NCBI GenBank assembly: GCA_025786725.1
Contig: JAHLTZ010000027.1
Location: forward strand, 248,001-312,000
DNA from: Syncephalis fuscata S228
Lineage: Eukaryota > Fungi > Zoopagomycota
Direction of reading: 5' to 3'
Length of the DNA: 64,000 nt
The position numbers and the translations under genes are program-made. The notes under the pieces are model-generated. The model made no database searches and was not told the DNA's origin. It saw only the letters and a list, made by a program, of their open reading frames with translations. Numbering within the stretch: the first letter of the stretch is position 1; every line of letters begins with the position of its first letter. This document shows positions 25,144 through 35,990 of the stretch, piece after piece.

Positions 25144-28100
25144 CTACTCGTCGACAACTTGCACAATCGTTGAAATACTCGAGCGTAGAGTGGAGCGCGA
25201 AGATGAACGAATACTATGTATACTACCACGTGGTGAATGGGCTAGTGCCTCGCTTGGTTTGGACGAAATAGTCGGATCGATGTCCTCGTCCACGCCAACA
25301 ATGGCCGATAAGTGAGGCAGATCGAGCCAGGCTGGAATGTATCGCTCAATAGTTGTGGCTGGCTTCACCTGGTGAAGAGCATCTTCGGCACGGTTTGCAT
25401 TCACTTCAAGGAATAGTTTACTTTCATCGGCAGCGCCGCCTTCATCGCAACGGCGCATCACTTCCTGCATGATATCCGTGCTAATTGGGTTCTCGTAGTC
25501 AGAAGTTGAATAGATGGTAATCAATTTCTTGACTTGAGCCTTATTTAGTAGGAAGCACACTTCAAACATAATTTCAATATCTTGTATTGAGTTCTTTTGT
25601 AATTGTAGCAATTTGGCCGCTTGCATTAGTCGCTCAAGATGGTCGGCACCTTGTTGGATCTCGTGTGACTTGCACCACTCTTCAATACGAGTAATATTAT
25701 ACTGAATTTGCATACCTGATAGCACAATACCAACAAAAATTAATAAATACTCGTGCTACCATACTAATTAATTACTTACCGCGCTTCCAGGTACCAAAGT
25801 TCTTACGCATCAATAAATGATTAAATGATACCATACCAATAGTATCGAGTACATCCAAAATAATCTTTTTACCAATTTCACGATCAAGATAATAAAAACC
25901 AATTGTCTTCCATAGCTTCACAAGGAAGGTCAACATACTATCGATGTTAAGCGTGGGCGATTGCTGACCCATCAGCTTGTTGAAGAAACCAGTATCGTTT
26001 GAAATAAATCCAGGTAACGATTGGCTTTCAACAACAGCAGGTACGGCCAGTTTATTTGCCCGAGTTCTCAAGTCCGATAACCATGCATCCATAATATGCA
26101 ACGATAACTGGCGCAAATCAGCCTTTGATTCGCCCATAACACGGACAACTTCAATGCCGCCGGCATCGGCACATTCGGCCATCTTCGCCTCAGTCTTGGC
26201 CAAAATCGAGAGCAATTCAAGGACGTTGGCCAGCCAGAACACACAGATGTAATCACCTTTAAATTTCTATTATTTGTCAATTATTAGTGAATTAATATAT
26301 ATATATAAATATATAAATAGTAGCGCTATCACTTACCACTGTCATTAATTGAATAGTTTGAGTGACATTAAATAGCAACTTCTTTAATTGTTCACTCAAT
26401 TGAAAGTTCCACATTTGTGTGATACATAATCCAATAACGTGAGCTGGGAACAATATTTCACGTGGAGCATAGCGACGATCCATATCCGGTAATGGAATAG
26501 CAATATTCTTAATAAGTTCATTAACAACTTCAGACATTAATGGATCGCCTTGAAGAATAGTGCGCAAATCCTATATTATTTATATTTAATTAGCCAAATA
26601 TTAACAAATTAACTGATATTAATACTTACGTCATTGCTTACATCGACCGGCGATGGTGACATAAGCATTGAAATACGTTTTGAGGTGGCATGGCCATTAC
26701 CGGCGTGTGAAGGCGGCATGTCATAAGCACTAAGTGTAGCACGTTTCTGACGTACATCATTGGCCATTGGCCAAGCATTTGAAGTACTGAATCGATTGTT
26801 ACGACGATCTGGTCGATTCATTTCGCCTTCTTCTTGCTGAATGACGGCCACTGGTGACTGGGCAGTCTTTGAAGCAAATATATTGCGTAGATCAACACCA
26901 GAAGTGCGCCTCATACTAGCACGTGATTCACGACGACTACCGCGTGCTTGGTGACGGGCCAATTCTTCGCGTAGTTTTGCCACTTCTTGTTGTTTGTTAA
27001 CAAGCTCTTCGGTTAGTTTCTGTGCATCAAGGTCCATAGCATTGATCTTTTCAGATAATGCTGCACACCGTTCGGCAAATGCTTCTTTCTCGCTAATCAA
27101 ATACTGCAATGCTTCTTTTTGCTCTTTAGCATCACTGATAATCTTTTCAGCTAAATGCCGATTCTTTGACTCGAGTCCTTTGCATTTGTCCTTCCATGAC
27201 TTCAAGCGACTTTCGAGTAAATTAACCGTTTCCCTATTGATATTAATATTAATACATTACGTATATTAATAAATAAATTATTATTAATAAATATCAACTT
27301 ACTTTAATGCCTCATTAGTCTTCTTTTGTGATTGCAAATCTTGCGTCAATGAAATAACCTTGTTTTCCAGCTTGTATGACACTTCTTTAAGATGATTCGC
27401 TGAACGTGACTCAGTACGCAACCGAACAAGTTCTCGACGAGCATAACGACGACGGATACATGATTGCATGAATATAACTGACTTGACCTTGCGCTTATAA
27501 TGATGTCGAGTAAGCCTATTTAATAATTAGTAATTATTTATTGTATTTCGTATTATGGCACCATATAATTTACTTACCATCCACGAACCAAACTTTGAAT
27601 AATAGTAGCGGCAATCTCTTGTTTATTATTAGCAAATTGACTACGAGCCAAATAACCACGAACATCTAATAATTACCATTATTATTATTATTATTATGGT
27701 GAATGAGGAATAGTACTTACGGGTTTGGGCGTAGATGACACTTGTAATGGCCAACTTGTATGATTTACGCTGGTTGTAGCCACGCCAGTATTTTTGAATA
27801 ATAATGGCTGCTGCTTCATTGCGAATACGCTCTTTTTCACGTAAACGTAAAATACGACGATATTTAACTTGGATGGTAACGGTGGCATGTCGTAGTGCTA
27901 GGAACTTGCGACGATGGATACGCGCCAAAAAGTTCTTTTTAATCATCGTAACGGCATTTATTATAGCATCGGTACGGGCTTTTTCCAATAACGCAATCTA
28001 ATTACAAAAATATCTATTAGATTTGTTACATTCATTTTCAATTACTATGCCTACCTGACCCGCTCGGAAGAATACTTTAGTTAGACCAATTTGGTACTTT

Positions 28101-30724
28101 TCAGGTGATTTAAGCGAATTATCTAAAATTGCTGCACAATAATCACGTGGAACTTTGGGTCGATTTGCCGATGCAATCAACATATAATACCTAATAGCAA
28201 CCTGTTTAGTTAATTAATACATATGTTTATGTAATTACTTACCGGCTAATGAATTCGGCCAAAGTACGTCGAGTTGGATAGCCACGTGAACTGATATGAA
28301 TGGTCTCTAAAACACCACAGGCCCGCAGTTGAGATAGTGTCATTTGTGGTTCAAATTTCCAGGCTACTTTGGCTTCATTTGGTTTAATACAACGGATATA
28401 GTGCACTTCAGTTGAGTTAATCGTTGACATTAATTCAATAAGCGATCCCTTGAATACTGAACCAAGTGTCGGTTTTTTGGGTGCATTTGCATTAAGACGA
28501 CCTTTGGGCGCAGGTGTGGCTGCCTCCTTTACTTCATTCATCTAGTCACACCCGTATTATTAATACATTACTATTGATATATGTATGTATATATATATGC
28601 CACTTACTGCTTGTCGGTGCTTTTGCACTTCATTAAAAAATTCAAATGTACTTGCTTCCAATACCTCCATAATCTCATCAGGCACATTATCACGATTCTT
28701 ATCAAGAAATCCCTCTGCCTCATAGGTTACATCATGTGCATAATGGCAGATGGTAAAGGCTGTTTGACCAAATCTTGGCTTCTTAAAGTACTTTTTGTTG
28801 GCTGGTGTATCCAATTGCTGATACAACTTATTAATAAAGTTTTCATCGGTACCAGATGGCATACGACTTTCTTCATCCAGTAGAGCTAGTACACCTAATT
28901 TGCCTTCAATCAGTGCGATACATGGCTGATTGTCTGTAAATTCAATAAATTGCCAGTCAATCTGTTCACGGACATATTCTTCCTGTTCCAGCTTGAATAC
29001 ATGTTGATTAAATTCTTGTTGCAACTTCTCATTGGCGTAGTTAATACAGAATTGTTCGAATGAGTTACGCTGAAAGTGTTCAAATCCATAAATATCAAGT
29101 ACACCGATAAAGCTATGACATAGACTCATGCTATCATCATTGCATAGCGTGGTGTTGACATTGGCTACAAGCCAGTCAAACAAGCTGGCATAGATGAATT
29201 TGGCAATAGAGTCTCGTACACTGACTGCTTGGGTTGGCGTCAATTTAGAAACAATCTTATCACTTCGCGTAACAATTTGTTTGTTGATGATCCATTTAGC
29301 TAGCATGTCGGAGTCCACGCCAAGTAATCGGGTTGCTGTGGCAAATGCCTCATCATCGTCGGATATAGAGGCATTAGTACGGCTTTGTGCGTTAATAACC
29401 ACATTGCCAAGATGTAGTAAACTGGCTAATATACGGAAAATATCCCATTGACGTTGTACGGACATGCCAATCGTCGAGAGGGCCTTTTGTGTTTCGACAA
29501 ACTCGTCAAAATCATTGACACCTTGAATTTCGCTGCAGTTGCCTTTTTTCAAGTAATTGAAGCTTGTACACTCATCAAGGCTAAGTTGGGCTCGTTCCGA
29601 GGGAGGTGCACCAGCACATAGCTAGTGTAATTACATTAAAACAATCAATAGATTAGCAAATTAGTTAAATAATATGTAATACACCATAGCGGCCGCTTCT
29701 TACCTGATAAAAGATATGGTAATTACGTTCCGAGTCCGGTTGGAAGATCAATCGCGAACGTTCAAGCAAATAGGTGCAAATAGTTGCACCAACAATACAA
29801 GATTGTTTATCAAAGTGAATCTGTATATATTTACCAAATCGACTACTGTTATCGTTACGTGTGGTTTTTGCATTACCAAACGATTCAAGAATTGGATTGG
29901 TGGCCATAATCTTTTCTTCGATTTCCGTGCCTCGGTCATCTCGTTTATTGGCATCGCTTATAGCTGCTTTATCGGTATTCTGAGTAGCCACAGTGGCAAA
30001 ATAGCGCATAATATACTTGGCGCTAACGGTTTTACCAGCACCACTTTCACCGGAAACAACAATAGTCTCATTGCGCTGCTCTTGAATCATATCACGAAAC
30101 GATTCTTCGGCAATGGCAAATAAATGCGGCTCTAGCTCACCTCGGCGTTTACCAGAATAGGCCGACATCAATTCAGGTGCATAGAGTTGAACACGTTGAA
30201 ATGGATTCATAGCAATCAGTACAATGCCGGAATAGGTGTATATATTATGCTGAGCATAACGGATACGCACATTATTCAACACTAATTATTTAATAATAGC
30301 AATAGTAATACAGTTAGCCATAATCTATCTATCTATATATATATATATTCTAAATATATAAACATTTAATAGAATAAACATACCAGCCGGTTCGTGTAAA
30401 TAACTAAGACTGGTCAAATCATCGGCACCATCAAGTACCTTTGGATTTCTTAATGGTGGCAATTCAGCACTTTCTGTACGGGCCAATTCAAATTTATGCG
30501 TCTTTGTCTATTATGACACCCATCAATGTGTTAACAGACCATTTACATAATAAACTTATTATTTTACTTACATCTTCACCACCAACAGAGCGGATGTCCA
30601 ATGTAACAAATTTATCATCCACTTCCTTACTTTCAATCTTGGCCAACTGCCAACCTTCCTCAGTATGAGGCACCCATACTTCAAGCCCCCGTACATACGG
30701 CTCTAAAGCATCGGATGATAGCAT
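25144..30724 (-). CDS. MYO2: Class V myosin heavy chain
   Basis: GESGAGKT P-loop, [26 protein letters not shown] motifs, coiled coil and a C-terminal DIL domain ([12 protein letters not shown]). Confidence 0.97.
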
Positions 30725-32327
30725 ATTGATCGATATTGACACTACTGTCCACTACTAATACTCGTAATGCCAAAGACTACACAAGATGAACACAACTCAA
30801 TGTGTATCTATATAGCAATAACTGATATAAATACACTAGCTGCTACCACTAGCGTTTAGTTGTCGCCAATAAGCAATATGATAAATAAGACGAAGATGAA
30901 GAAGATGAAAAGATGAAGATAAAGGTAACGCGATACTACTGCCCAGTCAGCCTACAAGATAACTGTAACTTGAAATCAACAAAAAGATACTGGGACAGTC
31001 GTGCAATCAATAATGGCGGCTATTAAACGATAAAGTAAGTAATAAGTAGATAAATAAATAAACAAATAAGTAAATAAAACGTATTAGATTAGTAGTCTAT
31101 AGTATGTAAAGCACTTACAATCAATGAAAGCTTATACGCAACAAAATTGCTTACAAGATGAAATGAAGATGCGAAATATAAAGAAATAGTAGCTACGATA
31201 AGTTATTTGGTGCAAGCAAGTAATGACCACGAGTGTGGTGACGATAATGTGAGTGCAGTGTAGTGATAGAAGGACCGTACAGCTAACAACAGTACAGAGA
31301 TGAGGGCGCGTCAAAGGAACTATTAATACGCCGTTAATATATGGTTATTATGGAAGGGAGGCAAGGATATGGTAGTTGTAGTAGTTACTCCTGCGTTGTT
31401 CTTTCTTCGTTACAATCAATTCACACTGTACAACAAGAACAAGAATAGCTGTTACGAATAACAATACTAACAATAGTAACAACGGAGAAAGGCAGTACAC
31501 AAGCAGCAAAGGGACAACAGTACGAACACAGTTCAGTGAGGAAAAGGCAAGCTTAAAAGAGGCGGAGATAGAATTGTTCAATCTCACCCATACAAAAATG
31601 TGATTATTTGGTCAAATGGTATATTATGGACGTGTTTGTTCATCAGTATAATGAATAGTGATTATTTAATAGACCGCACTCACACACACATATATCCATT
31701 TGAATCAAAACTATGCCTGATCTAAAGCGCGTAATTCAATACACATCTCTGACACAAAGGTGCCAGAATGTTATCTGACATTATTTACGTTGTATTTTTC
31801 TGTTTCATTCGTCTTTGTTCGCTTTACCACATCCATATTCATATTCATATTGCTATTCGTGTTATTGAGCCACTTTCTAATTTAATCATTTGCTTGCAGC
31901 TAGTACTACGTATATACTAGTTTACTATTACTTTAGTTGTTGTTTACATTGTTGCTTGAGTACTGTAAACTGTAACTATTGCGGTAAGTTATTGGTTTAT
32001 TTATTTAGTTATACCAAAAATACGGCCCTAACTATTATCGCCATTCTTATTTCTATATCAATCATTGGACTCACGTGGTCACACATAACCGTCAGTGATT
32101 TACATTAACCGCCAATTATTCACTTCATCAGTTGCTAAACACAGTAACAACAATAATAATAATAGTGGTAGTGGTAGTGGTAGTAGTAGCAATAACCAAC
32201 CATAACAGTATTAGCAATAACAGTAACAATATTACTAACTCTTTTCTTTCTCTCTCACTCTCTCATTCACTCTTATTTACTCTTTTATTGACTCATCTTT
32301 TGGTTTGTCAATGCAATAGTAGTCAAT

Positions 32328-34260
32328 ATGCAAGGTAAAGATAGCCACTTATCTTTACCGTCTTCGTCCTCGGACAGCACTGCTCCTACGACGATTGTTA
32401 CTATGGTGCAGACGGATGAACCACCCAGTAGTCCAGCGGTCAAAACGACATCTCAAATACCCTTACGCTTCCGTATGCCATCGGGAGACATAATACATCG
32501 TGGCATCGCTATTGCTAGCACCACAGTTGGACAGCTAAAGGCATTACTGGCTATCGAGACGATTCCTGCAAATCGAATGCGTTTGGTACGGGCTGGCCAG
32601 GCCCTTCAAGATGATACGCGCACCCTTGAAAGTTACAGTAAGTCGACTTAGCTATGCTTTTATTCTTGACTGGACCCATAACAAATATTATATTATTTGA
32701 AACAACAACCACAGACGTGTCCAAGAATGACACAATCTACGTTGTACGTGGTGCTCAGAATGAAACGCCAGCCATTACTCCAGAGGCACTTAGTCGTGTC
32801 GATAGCCAAGGTGACGAGTCGATGCCCGGCATGCCTGGTGATCCAATGAGCGGTCTGATGGAGGCACCGTTCATGAAGGTGGGTTGCATGTTGTCTATGC
32901 GCAGTGCTATGCACTAACCAACCAAACTGATACACAGGGCCTAATGTCGAATTCAAACTTCATGCGGGAAATGCTTATGAATCATCCGCAAATGAAAAAG
33001 TTAGCCGAAGAAAATGTTGAGGTGGCTCACATGTTACGTCATCCAGAATTATTTGAGGTAAGTGGACTAATTTAAATGTACACGTAATTATTTCTATTGA
33101 CACAAAATATCGATTTAGACCATGGTTGCGTCACAAAAACCACAGATTATGCGTGAAATGCTACGTAATAACGATCGGGCTATTTCAAATATTGAAGCAA
33201 TGCCTGGTGGTTTTAATCATTTGCAGCAAATGTATAAAGGTGTCCAAGAGCCGTTAATGGAGGCTGAACGACCAGTAAGTATAATGAATATTTGTAAGAA
33301 CAAATGCTAAATATAGTCAATTTGATCATTAGAAAAATGAATCTACTGATGCTATGAATCGAGCATTTGCCATGAGATTTAACATTACACCGACTACAAT
33401 ACAAGGTAAACTATAAATGATATATGATATTTAATTTGATGGACTATTAATAAACTATTAGATATAATAGATAAAGATCAGCCAAATAGTGCGGCACTGC
33501 CCAATCCATGGCAGGCACCTCAGGTGCCATTGATGCAAAGACCACGTACAATATCGACTCGCGATATTACAGCGCCATCATTTGCCTCTAGTAAGTGTAT
33601 ATAGGCCATCTAGATGATATACATATACTTAGTATGATTTGAAAGGTTTTAGACCGAGACTGACCACACAGCCAACTGAGCAACCACGTGCATCTCGTTT
33701 ACCACATCGTACTCAGCATCCATTTGCTCATTTTCGTCCAGCTCAGCATCATTTAGATTCAGATAGTAATGCCTCCAATCATCCATCAATGTCATTTTTG
33801 CAATCCATCTTGACATCCAGCAGGTAATTAATTTGATAGATGTATATAGCAGTATGACTTACTAAGCTGTTTTTAGAAATGTACCATCTCCCACACATGC
33901 AACACAGGAAACAATAACAGCAGCAGCAAGAGCACCAACAGCCGCGGTAACATCGTCGTCAACAACAATGGCCAGGCCATCAGGTTCAGTGGTGTCGTCG
34001 CCTGTGACAGTAACACAGCCATCGACACGGTACATAAAACAACTTGAAGAAATGCGACTCATGGGTTTTACTGATGATGAAAAAAACACAAGGTATTATA
34101 CTAAATAGATTATGAAAAGCAAAAAACTGATTATACAAATAATAACTATTATTATAGGGCACTTGCATTGACAGGAGGTGATATGAATGGAGCGATTGAA
34201 TGGTTAATTAATTATGGTAATAGCAGTGGAGAAAGCACTAATGCAAGCCGTAGCAAATAG
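32328..34260 (+). CDS. Ubiquilin/DSK2-like UBL-STI1-UBA protein
   Basis: UBL (MRLVRAGQALQDDTRTLESY), STI1 region (MREMLRNNDRAISNIEAMPGGFNHL), ALPNPW, UBA (QLEEMRLMGF...ALALTGGDMNGAIEWL). Confidence 0.9.
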
Positions 34261-34526
34261 CGTTTAATCTCAAAACTCAATAAATGAATATCGCATATTT
34301 GAATTTTGTAACAACAAAAGATACGCACTATTATCCAGTAATTGTTTAAATATTTTGGTGTTTATTCTGTAAAGTTATTAACTAGTTAGTTTTAATATTA
34401 ATAATAATAGTACTAAAACCAATGGCTCAAAATAGACATTTATTTCTGCATAACATTAATTGTGCTAATTTAAATATATGTTAATGGTTATTTAAATAGT
34501 ATATTTGATGCTTAGTTGTAAGCTGT

Positions 34527-35213
34527 TATAATGCAACTATACTTAAATAAATAAATAATAAAGTCCATCAAAGCTAAGAAGCTACTGTATTTTGCCCCCA
34601 CATTTTTTTGTTTATTTATTTCACCATCTTTTCTTATTGCTATCTTGTTGCTCTATTCAGTAATACATTATACAATAATGTTAATTATAACAATATAAAT
34701 AGCATGCGTATTTGAATATCAATAGATAACATTATTCAATTTCTAGTCTTTATTTTTCTTATTTTACATTAACACCTGTTCAAGTAACCTCAACGGCATG
34801 CCGTATATTCTGATTACAACTGTTGCCACATGATGTTACTGGTAAAGACACTCAGCCTATCATTATTGCATATGGTAGAGGCCGATTTGCTGCATCAATG
34901 ATTGGCAAATAATATGCGCCTACCAAGTTGATACCAAGAATGCTCAAGACAATGGCGAACATCAGAAACGCTAGTCGTCCTACCTTCTTGTCACCATAAA
35001 CGAGTATCTTACATTGCAAATATGCCCAAAATGCAACAGTAGAAGCTTGGCAGATAGAAGTGACCATTTAGATGCAAAGAAACCACACTGTACGTAGTAA
35101 CAACAACAACACTGCGGAACAATATGGAATCGCAATCAATGGCTTTATTAATATTTTATCAAATTTTCTACGCATGGCCAACAGCAATAATGATCGGCCT
35201 CAAATGTTTCAAT
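34527..35213 (-). repeat. Dispersed repeat module 2 (copy D), downstream of the microexon gene
   Basis: Near-identical to the reverse complement of 24178-24864 and a direct match to 40493-41033. Confidence 0.92.
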
Positions 35214-35990
35214 GAACTCAAATGAACATTATAACTATGTTTGTTGTACATAACAGCATGACTTTGATTGAAACCAATTTTACTTTCAGGACTCAAAATA
35301 TAAAAGTCAAAGTAGAATTGGGAATTTTGAAAAAGCTAATTGCAATAAATGCAATAAATTTAATTCAAAACTTTGCCTATTTACATAATCTAGTTAATTG
35401 TGGCAATATCAACAGCAATGCCAGTTGTGTTTTATTTGTTAAAATTTTTAATAATATATTTATAATACAACTAAAAAATACAATACAAAAATATGTTATG
35501 TAAGGATTAGTATTAATAATATTGAATCAATAGTTAAACACTTTTATTAAACAAATGCAAACCAGTAATGAAATGCTATCAAAAAAGAAAAGAAATTATT
35601 ATTAAAAAGTGTTTAATTTGTGGTAAACGTCATTACAAAAAACAAGTGAGACAAATAAAAATAAAAAAAAAAAAAAAAAAAAATGAAAAGCAAATAAAAA
35701 TAAATGTAAATATAGCAATTTGATTATAGGCATAATTAAGATGAAACCATAGGTTTATTACTATAAGCTTACACAGTTGAATAGAAACAACTAGCTGCAA
35801 GCTTGTTAATAAAATAACGATTCCATTGATTAAAGACTGGATAAACCGGAGCATTGGCCAAAACTTGATATATAAATAGACTGGACGGCGTAGTTGTCAA
35901 ATGATCTTGCTTTTTACCGAATATATACCTAAAGTGTATTGGAATAGTGGTTTGATTGCACTACCAATGCTGATGTCTTGAAACCATCGA

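Noticed and set aside
31132-32338. Short ORFs between the myosin and DSK2-like genes
   Set aside because: Low-complexity leader and promoter sequence (trinucleotide and CT runs) with no domain signal.
35633-35854. Hydrophobic ORF MLRFIQSL...FFFF
   Set aside because: It lies in the 3'UTR of the microexon gene, and its hydrophobicity comes from T-rich sequence and a poly-T run.
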